Numbered from the stretch's first letter, positions 8,669 through 16,778 are shown. The stretch is DNA of 22,004 nucleotides from Nitrospinales bacterium (GCA_046757665.1 JBHHYO010000047.1:1-22004); one strand, 5' to 3'. Notes: a model not told the origin generated them from the letters alone. Program-made: numbers and translations.

Positions 8669-9538
8669 ATGGTTAAAGCTTTTAAGATTCTAGGGTTATT
8701 CTTCATTTCCTTTGCCTTGGTTGCCGGGGTTGCTGGAGATGCGGACGCGAAAAAAAAGAAAAAGAAACCCGTCGTTAAGCGAATGAAATTTGTCGGCGCC
8801 GCCAAGTGCAACGGCAGTTGCCACGATGCTTATTATGAAGCGTGGAAGACAACGCCTCACGGTAAAACTTTCGATCTCTTGAAACCGGGTGTTCGTCCGG
8901 AGGCCAAAAAACGGGCCAAGTTGGACCCCGATAAAGATTATACCGCCGATCCTCATTGCCTCCGGTGTCACACGACCGGGTATAAACAGAGAGGGGGATT
9001 TAAACCTGCCGGTACCAAGAAAAAGATCAAGATTAAAAAGGGCAAAAATAAGGGCAAGATCAAGGTTAAGGATGTCAGCACAAAAATTGACCCTGAAGAG
9101 CCCCATCTGGAGCAGGTTGGCTGTGAAATGTGCCATTCCGCGGCCGGAGGCTCGGAAATGCGTATTGTGATGAAAAATACCAAGGGCAAATTCAAGAAAT
9201 CCGACAATGAAAAATTCGGTCAGCGCTGGGATTACGCCAACGTTTGCTCACGGTGTCATACGCATGAAAAGAATCCCTTCAAGCCAAGCCTGGATGCCAA
9301 GTACAAGTTTGATTTTGCGGAAAAGGTTAAACTGGTCCATCAGACCGACAAGTTCTGGAATGAAGACAACGAGGACCAGAAACTGGAAGAAACGAAAAAG
9401 CGGAAAAAGCAAACGGCTCAAAGTGAGAAAACTCCCCTTGTGATCGAAGATTGGGGATTCAGAAAGGGCAGGCTGGCCTTTAAGAAAGGTACCCTGCCTT
9501 TCAACCGCAAGAAGGGGACGTTCAATTACAAAAAATAA
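8669..9538 (+). CDS. Periplasmic tetraheme cytochrome c554-like protein
   Basis: Signal peptide. Heme motifs CNGSCH, CLRCH, CEMCH and CSRCH. Segments EAKKRAKLDPDKDYT and PF.P..DAKY.F.F resemble Nitrosomonas c554 (recalled sequence). Confidence 0.85.
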   Translation: MVKAFKILGLFFISFALVAGVAGDADAKKKKKKPVVKRMKFVGAAKCNGSCHDAYYEAWKTTPHGKTFDLLKPGVRPEAKKRAKLDPDKDYTADPHCLRCHTTGYKQRGGFKPAGTKKKIKIKKGKNKGKIKVKDVSTKIDPEEPHLEQVGCEMCHSAAGGSEMRIVMKNTKGKFKKSDNEKFGQRWDYANVCSRCHTHEKNPFKPSLDAKYKFDFAEKVKLVHQTDKFWNEDNEDQKLEETKKRKKQTAQSEKTPLVIEDWGFRKGRLAFKKGTLPFNRKKGTFNYKK

Positions 9539-9556
9539 TTTCTTCGGAGAATTTAC

Positions 9557-9598
9557 AAGAGGCTTGGTTCCATGGGAAGGAGCCGAGCCTCTTTTTTT
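9557..9598 (+). terminator. Rho-independent terminator of the cytochrome gene
   Basis: AAGAGGCTTGGTTCC / GGAGCCGAGCCTCTT stem followed by a T-run. Confidence 0.85.
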
Positions 9599-9618
9599 AT
9601 TTAACCCCCTTTCTCTGA

Positions 9619-9792
9619 GAGACCTTTGCATGAGTGTACTTGTTTGATTATCATTGCGAGGAGCGAAGCCGACGAAGCAATCCAGAAAGGAGACCCATTC
9701 CTACCGGGCGTGGCCCGGCTGGATCGCCACGCCGCTGGTCGCGGCTCGCGATGACACCGGAGCGGCGAAGTCTCGGGTTATGCAAAGGTCTA
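9619..9792. mobile_element. MITE-like element with IS1106/IS5-like ends
   Basis: Perfect 12-bp IR AGACCTTTGCAT (9620-9631) / ATGCAAAGGTCT (9780-9791). No credible ORF. Confidence 0.55.
9650..9755. repeat. REP-like palindromic dimer
   Basis: TCATTGCGAGGAGCGAAGCCGACGAAGCAATCCAG ... CTGGATCGCCACGCCGCTGGTCGCGGCTCGCGATGAC forms an imperfect inverted pair. Confidence 0.7.
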
Positions 9793-9870
9793 TTTTCCTG
9801 AACGGGGATGGGAGGGGCGCCCCGCGGCCTGCCGGTGGGCGCGTTAACCTTGAAGGATAGTTGAAAGTCA

Positions 9871-11256
9871 ATGGGTGAACGAACGTTTGCAAAAAAAATC
9901 CTGTGCATAGGCTCCGGTCATGTGGGCGGGCCCACCATGACCGTTATTGCCGACAAGTGCCCGGATTACAAGGTAACGGTAGTGGATATTTCCGAGCCGC
10001 GGATCACCGCCTGGAATTCCGACAAACTGCCCATATTCGAGCCCGGGCTGAAGGAGCGTGTGGAGCGGGTGCGTGGGAAAAATTTATTTTTTTCCACGGA
10101 AATTGACCGGGAAATTGATGCGGCCGATATCATTTTCGTTTCGGTCAACACCCCCACCAAGACGTATGGAAAAGGCGCCGGCAAGGCGGCGGACTTGCAA
10201 TACGTCGAACAAACCGCCAGGCGCATCAAGGAAAATTCCCGCTCGCCGAAAATTGTCGTCGAAAAAAGCACCGTCCCCGTGCGTGCCTCGGAGGCCATTG
10301 AGAGAATCCTTCATTCCGGAGCGAATTCCATTCAGTTTGAAATCTTGTCGAATCCCGAATTCCTGGCGGAAGGTACGGCCATTCGTGATATGGAAAACCC
10401 GGACCGGGTTTTGATCGGGGCCACGGATACGCCGTCCGGGAAGCAGGCCCTTCAGGAACTGATGGATATTTATCTGCGGTGGGTGCCGCGGGAAAAATTG
10501 ATCACCACCAACCTGTGGAGCAGTGAATTGTCCAAACTGGTTGCCAACGCATTTCTCGCCCAAAGAATTTCCTCGATCAACAGCATTGCGTCCCTTTGCG
10601 AATGCACCGGCGCCGATATCACTGAAGTATCGAATGCCGTAGGACGCGACAGGCGGATCGGCTCCCAGTTTATGCGCGCCGGCGCGGGGTTCGGCGGCTC
10701 CTGTTTTCGCAAGGACCTGGCGAGCCTCGTCTATCTTTGCGAGTATTATGGGCTGTATGATGTCGCTCAATACTGGGAGCAGGTGAATACCATTAACGAC
10801 TACCAGATGGAACGGTTTGTCGATCACATCACCCGGGCCATGTTCAATACGCTGGTGGATAAAAAACTGGCTATTTTCGGATTTGCGTTTAAGCCGGACA
10901 CCGGCGACACCCGCGACGCGCCGGCTTTTTACATTTGCAAACGCTTGTTGGAGGAAAAGGCGAGATTGTGCATTACCGATCCACATGCCTTGGCCAATGC
11001 CCGGAAGGACCTTCAAGGGTTGGAAGGCCAGGTGGACTTTGAATCCGATCTCTATAAAGCCGCCGAAAATGCCCATGCCATTGTCCTGATCACCGAATGG
11101 GACGTTTTTAAAACTCTCGATTACCGGCGGATCCATGAGACCATGCAAAAACCCGCCTTCCTGTTTGATGGCAGAAACCATTTGGACCATCAAGACCTTT
11201 TTCAAACAGGATACAACGTTTATCCCGTCGGCAAACCCAGCCTGAACCATTTCTAA
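9871..11256 (+). CDS. ugd: UDP-glucose 6-dehydrogenase
   Basis: [74 protein letters not shown] and FDGRN. Confidence 0.96.
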   Translation: MGERTFAKKILCIGSGHVGGPTMTVIADKCPDYKVTVVDISEPRITAWNSDKLPIFEPGLKERVERVRGKNLFFSTEIDREIDAADIIFVSVNTPTKTYGKGAGKAADLQYVEQTARRIKENSRSPKIVVEKSTVPVRASEAIERILHSGANSIQFEILSNPEFLAEGTAIRDMENPDRVLIGATDTPSGKQALQELMDIYLRWVPREKLITTNLWSSELSKLVANAFLAQRISSINSIASLCECTGADITEVSNAVGRDRRIGSQFMRAGAGFGGSCFRKDLASLVYLCEYYGLYDVAQYWEQVNTINDYQMERFVDHITRAMFNTLVDKKLAIFGFAFKPDTGDTRDAPAFYICKRLLEEKARLCITDPHALANARKDLQGLEGQVDFESDLYKAAENAHAIVLITEWDVFKTLDYRRIHETMQKPAFLFDGRNHLDHQDLFQTGYNVYPVGKPSLNHF

Positions 11257-11380
11257 GCGCTTCTTCCGCGAAGAATGGGAGGACGACCGCCATTCCCCGG
11301 GTTTGGAGTTCTGACGGGTCGGTCTTTTCTGGGATTCTTGTTTGGAATATGATAATTCTGGGCATGATCGTTTAACGCGA

Positions 11381-11401
11381 GGAATGTAAAATTTACATTC
11401 C
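11381..11401. promoter_or_regulatory. Palindromic operator candidate
   Basis: Perfect 10-1-10 dyad GGAATGTAAA-A-TTTACATTCC, 45 bp upstream of the ACT gene start. Confidence 0.5.
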
Positions 11402-11445
11402 CGATTGCTCAGGGCTGATTGTTAAACTTTGGCAGAGGTTGCGTC

Positions 11446-11970
11446 ATGAACAAATGGTTTATGCTTACCTTGGTGGGACAAGACCGGCCTGGTATCGTTG
11501 CCCGGGTAAGCGTCGCCTTGTATCGGGGCGGATGTAATCTTGGAGAGGCCTCCATGGCGCGTCTGGGGGGCAACTTCACGATTATGCTGATGGTGCAGTA
11601 TGAGGGAAGTGTGGAGGCCTTGGAAAAAATTATTGCTCCGGTATGCGATTCCCTCGGTCTTCGCCTGCATGTGGATGAGATCGAGGGAGAGTTGCACCAT
11701 CATGTCGAACCGAATGTCCGGATAAGCGTTTATGGCGCGGACCGGGCGGGTATCGTGGCCGAGGCAACCGGTGTCTTGGCGGAAGCCGGACTCAATATCC
11801 TCAATCTGGAATCCGATGTGGGTGGTACTTCGGAAAATGCCATTTATATCATGCATATCGAAGGGGTGGCGACAAAAGGAGTTGATGTGCTACAAAAAGC
11901 GCTGGAAGTTCTCGCAAAAGAAAAAAATGTCGAAACCCGGCTCTCACCTGTCGATACTCTACTGGGATAG
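11446..11970 (+). CDS. Tandem ACT-domain protein (GcvR-like)
   Basis: LTLVGQDRPGIVA...GCNL...MARLGGNFT, second ACT domain ISVYGADRAGIVA. ATG at 11446 with GAGG RBS. Confidence 0.88.
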   Translation: MNKWFMLTLVGQDRPGIVARVSVALYRGGCNLGEASMARLGGNFTIMLMVQYEGSVEALEKIIAPVCDSLGLRLHVDEIEGELHHHVEPNVRISVYGADRAGIVAEATGVLAEAGLNILNLESDVGGTSENAIYIMHIEGVATKGVDVLQKALEVLAKEKNVETRLSPVDTLLG

Positions 11971-11975
11971 CGCCG

Positions 11976-12506
11976 ATGGCCGTTCTCGATATTTTGGTTT
12001 ATCCGGACCCGCGATTGAAAAAGTTGTCGCAACGGGTCGAGAAGGTTGATGATTCCATTCGTGGTTTTATAGCCGACCTGGAGGAAACCCGGAAAGCAAG
12101 CCCGGGGTGCGTAGGCATTGCCGCTCCGCAAGTGGGACGTTTTCTCCGAATCGTTATCGTCGATGTTTCCAGCAAACCCAATATTTCCAATCATGGCCAT
12201 TTGATTTTGATCAATCCGGAGCTTCTTGACCGGGAGGGAGAGGTGGTGGGGCGGGAAGGCTGTCTTTCGGTCCCGGATTATACCGGCAATGTCGCCCGCG
12301 CCGAACGCATCACCCTGAAAGCATGGAACGAATTTGGCGATCAACAGCTCTACTCCATGGAAGGGTTTGAGGCGCGTGCGGTACAGCATGAAATGGATCA
12401 TTTGGAGGGTTTGCTGTTTCTGGATCGTCTGGCGAGCAGAAGAAACAGCTTGTTTCGGCGTAAAGTTTATAACAAACCGGTCCTCCCGGCGACAAACCAT
12501 TCCTGA
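11976..12506 (+). CDS. def: Peptide deformylase
   Basis: CVGIAAPQVG, EGCLSVP and QHEMDHLEG motifs. Confidence 0.96.
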   Translation: MAVLDILVYPDPRLKKLSQRVEKVDDSIRGFIADLEETRKASPGCVGIAAPQVGRFLRIVIVDVSSKPNISNHGHLILINPELLDREGEVVGREGCLSVPDYTGNVARAERITLKAWNEFGDQQLYSMEGFEARAVQHEMDHLEGLLFLDRLASRRNSLFRRKVYNKPVLPATNHS

Positions 12507-12626
12507 AAAAAAAATCAGCTTTAGCCTTTCCTGAAAGCAGGCATTCGTGACTGGATAAAAGACGCCTGCCGGCCCTCGGTTGTTGAACTCTCCTTATCTC
12601 CCGGGTATTCAGGCTGGATTTCTTTC

Positions 12627-12655
12627 TTGACTATATATTCTTATAAGAATAAAAT
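12627..12655 (+). promoter_or_regulatory. Sigma70 promoter with an internal 16-bp palindrome
   Basis: TTGACT-17 bp-TAAAAT, with TATTCTTATAAGAATA at 12636-12651. Confidence 0.6.
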
Positions 12656-12719
12656 GGTTTCCTGTCATTACATGCAAAATTCCGAATACTCATGAATCTC
12701 GTTTGGGGGAGGGGCCGTG

Positions 12720-12938
12720 ATGAGAAAATTCAAATGTTGTGTTACAGGGCAAACCAAGGAATATTTGGAAAAAATCAATAATGGAAGTTCGGGAGAAACG
12801 CTGGTTCTCTTGCTTTGCGGATGTGTTTACGTCCGGGACCACTCGAGTGAACATGCGGATGGTACGCTTTGCGAAAATAATTATAAATCGGCGGACGTAA
12901 TGGCGAATCCATCTCATGTGGCAGGGGCAAGCGGATAA
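12720..12938 (+). CDS. Small Cys/His-containing hypothetical protein
   Basis: GGAGG RBS and a near-consensus promoter. Five Cys (CC, CGC, C). Alternative GTG start at 12717. Confidence 0.55.
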   Translation: MRKFKCCVTGQTKEYLEKINNGSSGETLVLLLCGCVYVRDHSSEHADGTLCENNYKSADVMANPSHVAGASG

Positions 12939-13002
12939 TTTCGGGGTCGGATCGATTCAAGGAAAGACGAGGTGGGTGTCGGGGTGTTGGGTGGCCCGTC
13001 GA

Positions 13003-13380
13003 TTATCGCCGGGAAGGGCCTGGCTGATGTTTGTATTCATCCAGGATTTTTAGCGTTTCCCGTACGCGGGCGGCGATGATTCTCAAAAAAGGTAGCAGAG
13101 CTTTTGGATTCTTTTTGGAAAGCGTGTCGAACATTTCCTTGGTAATTTCACCGATGACGCAATCTTCCAGGGCGGTGACGGTGACTGAACGTGGCAGTTG
13201 GTCGATCAAACCCAGTTCGCCGAAAAACGCCTTTTCCTCGAGAATGGCCAAGACTCTTTTTTTCCCTTTGATATTAGTAATGGAAACTTCCACCTTTCCG
13301 GATTCGATAACGTAGGCTGATCCACTTTTTTCACCTTTCTTGATGATTTCTGTACCTTTCTTTATATGAATTTTTTTCAT
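13003..13380 (-). CDS. Stand-alone cyclic-nucleotide-binding domain protein
   Basis: IIKKGE...AYVIESGKVEV...FFGELGLIDQLPRSVTVTA. No HTH. Confidence 0.88.
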   Translation of the reverse strand: MKKIHIKKGTEIIKKGEKSGSAYVIESGKVEVSITNIKGKKRVLAILEEKAFFGELGLIDQLPRSVTVTALEDCVIGEITKEMFDTLSKKNPKALLPFLRIIAARVRETLKILDEYKHQPGPSRR

Positions 13381-13850
13381 CCGTTGGCTTCCCGCAAGCG
13401 TTGGTTCTCGAGCTTGAGTTCTCTCAGCTCGTTTTGAAGGTGGATTGCTTCCAAAATGTTGCGGATACGCAAGAGCACCACAGGAATGGTAAAGGGTTTT
13501 TCCAGGTAATCCCGGGCTCCGCCGAGGTATGAAAGAAATGCGGTTTCGGGATCGGTGCGGGCGGTCAAAACCAATATTTGAACGGAGTCTTCGCCGATTT
13601 CATTGTTCTCCCTCATCTCTTTGATTTGTTTCATTACCTCATGGCCGTTCAGGTAGGGCATCATAATGTCGAGGAGAATGAGGTCGGGATGAAATTCCTT
13701 GCAGATTCCAGAAACTTCTCGTGGGTCCGTGGTGCTACGGATTATTTTGTATCCCTCTTTTTTTAGCGCCCGTTCAAGCATCAAGACATGGGTTCGTTCG
13801 TCATCGACGATAAGAATTTTGGAGTTCAAGAGTCTTTCATTTTCGAGCAT
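13377..13850 (-). CDS. Response-regulator receiver protein with a short coiled-coil tail
   Basis: ILIVDDE, DLILLDIMMP, VLTA and YLEKPF. ATGA overlap with the cNMP gene. Confidence 0.9.
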   Translation of the reverse strand: MLENERLLNSKILIVDDERTHVLMLERALKKEGYKIIRSTTDPREVSGICKEFHPDLILLDIMMPYLNGHEVMKQIKEMRENNEIGEDSVQILVLTARTDPETAFLSYLGGARDYLEKPFTIPVVLLRIRNILEAIHLQNELRELKLENQRLREANG

Positions 13851-14030
13851 GGGAGGTACCTTTGAATTTTGTGGATGGTTCCCGGGTATTCGGAAATGAT
13901 GGTGAACGGATACCAGGTCCAGATTTTATTTATTCCATATGGCTGGAGAGGGGTCAAGCTTTTTCTTAACCGGATTCGGCGGCTTGATAGGGGAACGCTC
14001 TGGTTGATTCCTGGTTTTCAATTCAATGGG

Positions 14031-14591
14031 TTATCCGCGTCCGCCGCCGGTTTCAAGGCGCCGGATCCCATCGATCATTTCTTCAATGTTTTTGACCATG
14101 GCGGCGGAGTTCTTGAATTCATCCCATTCCCCCGCCGGATTGACGATGATCAGAGGTTTACGATATTCAAGGGCCAGTTCGATTTCCGAACGGGTGCCGG
14201 CGTTACCCGGAAAAGCGATCACCGTATTGGCGGTAAGAACGATGATGTGGTTGCGGCTGTCGGTTTCCTTGCCTTGGGAGCCGGAGAGGTGCAGGTGAGT
14301 ATAAATGGGGATATCGACATAAGCGTTGGGATATCCCTCTTGCGGCTGATGGTCTCTGCGCTGTTCCGGGCTTTCGCAGGCATATCGGGAGGGAAGAATG
14401 CCGATAACGATGCCGGTTCTTTCTTTTACTTCGCAAAACGCTTTGGCGACGGCTTCCATCACGCCGGGTCCACCGCCGTTGACCAAATTATAACCTTGCT
14501 CGGCCAGCCATCGGCCCAGGGGAATGCTGAGATGGGGATGCGAAGCGGTTGCGGAGCCAATGACTCCAATGATGATTCGTTTTTTCTTCAT
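14031..14591 (-). CDS. SLOG/LOG-family nucleotide-binding protein
   Basis: IIGVIGS, LVNGGGPGVMEAVA, IGILP, SRNHI and FPGNAGTRSEIELA. Start taken at MKKKR. Confidence 0.82.
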   Translation of the reverse strand: MKKKRIIIGVIGSATASHPHLSIPLGRWLAEQGYNLVNGGGPGVMEAVAKAFCEVKERTGIVIGILPSRYACESPEQRRDHQPQEGYPNAYVDIPIYTHLHLSGSQGKETDSRNHIIVLTANTVIAFPGNAGTRSEIELALEYRKPLIIVNPAGEWDEFKNSAAMVKNIEEMIDGIRRLETGGGRG

Positions 14592-14604
14592 GATGTCCGG
14601 TTTT

Positions 14605-15585
14605 TCAGGTTTTCTGCCCACTTTCCAGGCCGACAAATGCAAGGTAGGTCATGAGTTGTTCCAGGTGAGCCGGAGAGTTTCCGAATGAACTTTGATAATC
14701 GGTTGTTTTCAGGCTGACCTCGTTGCCTCGCCGAATCAAGTGATAAACCAGCGATGCGGCTTCCGTAACCCGTTTCTCCAATACCTCCGGTTCGATTTTC
14801 CGGTTGGTCTGCGGGTCTTGTGTATGAAGAAATACCGTAAAGCCGCTACACCCGCCGGCGATGAATTCCTTTACCCGCGGCGACCCCGTCTTGGCTGTCG
14901 ATTTCCAGTGAATGGAGCTAATGGGATCGCCGGGCCGGAACTCGCGCAGGGCGTAAAGTTCTTCGCCCCTTTGTTTGATTATGCCTTCTCCTTGCAGGGG
15001 AACGCCCGCCGGGGACGGCAGGTCCACGTTGCGAATCGCGGGAAATACGGTGGCTTGCAAATCCAGGGCAACGGGTTTCGATTTGATAAAAAATCCGAAA
15101 GGAAAGCTGGTGAACACCCGGCAGGTTTTGATTTCCAGCAATCCTCTTTTGCCGGCGGTGAACATCGTTTTCTTTTCTCGTTTGGAGGCATGGGGTATAT
15201 GGAAAAAATAAAAAGGGTGTTCGAGTTGCAAAGGGTTGTCCGGGATTGGCGGTAGTTTGATGAGCAGTGAATAGGAGGGCGTTTTTTTCTTGTGATTGGT
15301 GACCCGGATGGTCATGGGATAGGGTTCGCGGGCATAAAGGGTTTTCGGAATGGCGCCCTCGATGGCAATCCGTTTCAGGGTGATTTCGGACAGCAGGCCT
15401 GAAACCGCTATGAAACTGCAACACATGGCCAGGATGAGGTACAGCAAGTTGTTCCCGGTATTGATGGCTCCGAGTCCGACACCGAAAATAAGCGCCACGA
15501 ATCCGCCGCCTTCGCGGGTGAGTTCCAGCGTCCGATTTTTCAGGGAAAACGTGAAAAGAGGTTTGGCGCGGTTTTGGGATTCCAT
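14605..15585 (-). CDS. DUF58-family protein (MoxR-associated)
   Basis: GAINTGNNLLYL, TSFPFGFF and LREFRPGDPISSIHWKSTAK. Confidence 0.9.
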   Translation of the reverse strand: MESQNRAKPLFTFSLKNRTLELTREGGGFVALIFGVGLGAINTGNNLLYLILAMCCSFIAVSGLLSEITLKRIAIEGAIPKTLYAREPYPMTIRVTNHKKKTPSYSLLIKLPPIPDNPLQLEHPFYFFHIPHASKREKKTMFTAGKRGLLEIKTCRVFTSFPFGFFIKSKPVALDLQATVFPAIRNVDLPSPAGVPLQGEGIIKQRGEELYALREFRPGDPISSIHWKSTAKTGSPRVKEFIAGGCSGFTVFLHTQDPQTNRKIEPEVLEKRVTEAASLVYHLIRRGNEVSLKTTDYQSSFGNSPAHLEQLMTYLAFVGLESGQKT

Positions 15586-15623
15586 TGGCAATTACTAATA
15601 CGGATTTTTGGGGAACCAATTTT

Positions 15624-15649
15624 TGTCACGCTGAGCTTGTCGAAACATC
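15624..15649 (+). repeat. REP-like repeat, copy 1
   Basis: TGTCACGCTGAGCTTGTCGAAACATC. Confidence 0.75.
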
Positions 15650-15709
15650 TCGCTTTTTGATTTATAGCCATCTCTAAAGGTGTAATTTTGAGAAGTGAAA
15701 TAGAAAAAT

Positions 15710-15740
15710 TGTCACCCTGAGCTTGTCGAAGGGTCACCTT
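15710..15740 (+). repeat. REP-like repeat, copy 2 (contains the GIY-YIG stop codon)
   Basis: TGTCACCCTGAGCTTGTCGAAGGGTCACCTT. Confidence 0.8.
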
Positions 15741-16032
15741 TTAATGAGGAGTGGTTTTTTGACAACTTCGGCAATTTCCCATAATCACCGGAAATGAGAA
15801 CCTCTTTTTTGCTCCTGGACCATCCTTTAATTTGTTTTTCCCTTTCGATGGCATTTCGAATATCATCAAACCGCTCGGCAAGCGCCAGCTTTACAGGTCG
15901 TTTATTATGGGTGTAGCATCCCTTTATCAAACCGTTCTGGTGCTCAAAAACCCATCTCTCAACATCATTGGTTACACTGGTATAATAGCTTCCATCCTTG
16001 CATTGGAGAATATAGACAAAATACCGTTTCAT
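15712..16032 (-). CDS. Small GIY-YIG nuclease-family protein (possibly inactivated)
   Basis: YFVYILQCKDGSYYTSVTNDVERWVFEH...AIEREKQIKGWSRSKK. Confidence 0.85.
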   Translation of the reverse strand: MKRYFVYILQCKDGSYYTSVTNDVERWVFEHQNGLIKGCYTHNKRPVKLALAERFDDIRNAIEREKQIKGWSRSKKEVLISGDYGKLPKLSKNHSSLKGDPSTSSG

Positions 16033-16057
16033 TGGCAACCGATCAAACCTTTACGGC

Positions 16058-16088
16058 AAGGTGATGCTTCGACAGGCTCAGCATGACA
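16058..16088 (-). repeat. REP-like repeat, copy 3 (inverted)
   Basis: Reverse complement TGTCATGCTGAGCCTGTCGAAGCATCACCTT. Confidence 0.8.
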
Positions 16089-16129
16089 TTTTTGAAACTT
16101 TTTCAGCAAATCACTTTAAGGGTTTGTGG

Positions 16130-16759
16130 TCAGGGTATAGGCATCGGGTTCTTAAAGATCGAGTAAGTGTCACAAGCTCCGAAAATGAAAGCACCATAGG
16201 TTGCCACAATAAAAATCACCGCTAATAAATTAAAGCATATTCCAGCTTTGTTCCACTCCTCAAGATAAGAACGTTGGCTACAATAAGCCAGGCCCGAACC
16301 AATTGCGGCGGTTACCACTCCCAAAGAAAAGTATCCTAAAGGAGAGGCTAGGGCATTGAGAACTACAGTTTTTTGTGCGTCTTTTGAAAGAAAATTTCCC
16401 AAGAATGCTAGAATAGCCACCGTAGCCCCTCCATTGATCAATAGGGCACTTTTTATAGCAATTCCCGCAAGATCGACAGAGGCCTTTATAGAGGCAATCA
16501 TCCAATCCCGTCGGTACTGATGGTTGTATTGGGCTAACGTAAATTGATTTTGAGCGTTGTAATAATCGCGTTGCTGTTCCGGGGTTAAATTAGGTGTGGT
16601 TCGCTCTTCTGAAGAAATTTGGTCATATATAGAATTAATAAATTCCTTTAACGTCTTGGTGTCAATAACTTCATCATTACTTGATCTCAAGTTATTGACT
16701 GAATTACGGATATACTCAAAAGCCTGAATAGCCCTCAAGTTTTGTTTTTCAGTAGTCAT
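16130..16759 (-). CDS. AT-rich hypothetical membrane protein
   Basis: 209 aa with an AAGGA RBS. Three TM-like segments including LLINGGATVAILAFLG. Visibly lower GC than the flanks. Confidence 0.75.
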   Translation of the reverse strand: MTTEKQNLRAIQAFEYIRNSVNNLRSSNDEVIDTKTLKEFINSIYDQISSEERTTPNLTPEQQRDYYNAQNQFTLAQYNHQYRRDWMIASIKASVDLAGIAIKSALLINGGATVAILAFLGNFLSKDAQKTVVLNALASPLGYFSLGVVTAAIGSGLAYCSQRSYLEEWNKAGICFNLLAVIFIVATYGAFIFGACDTYSIFKNPMPIP

Positions 16760-16778
16760 TTCCTTTGGTAATCCGTGT

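Noticed and set aside
9651-9908. Small ORFs over the MITE/REP region
   Set aside because: Translations of palindromic repeat DNA with no convincing RBS.
10084-11250. 388-aa antisense ORF
   Set aside because: Shadow of ugd with no motifs.
13869-14654. 261-aa plus-strand ORF
   Set aside because: Antisense to the SLOG gene with no recognisable domain.
15624-15740. Direct repeats as a mini CRISPR array
   Set aside because: Only two degenerate direct copies plus an inverted one, a 60-bp gap, and no cas genes.
15583-16038. 9-bp direct repeat CATTGGCAA at the starts of DUF58 (15583-15591) and GIY-YIG (16030-16038) as a target duplication
   Set aside because: It would exclude the third REP copy and partly reflects the shared ATG. 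It cannot be distinguished from chance.
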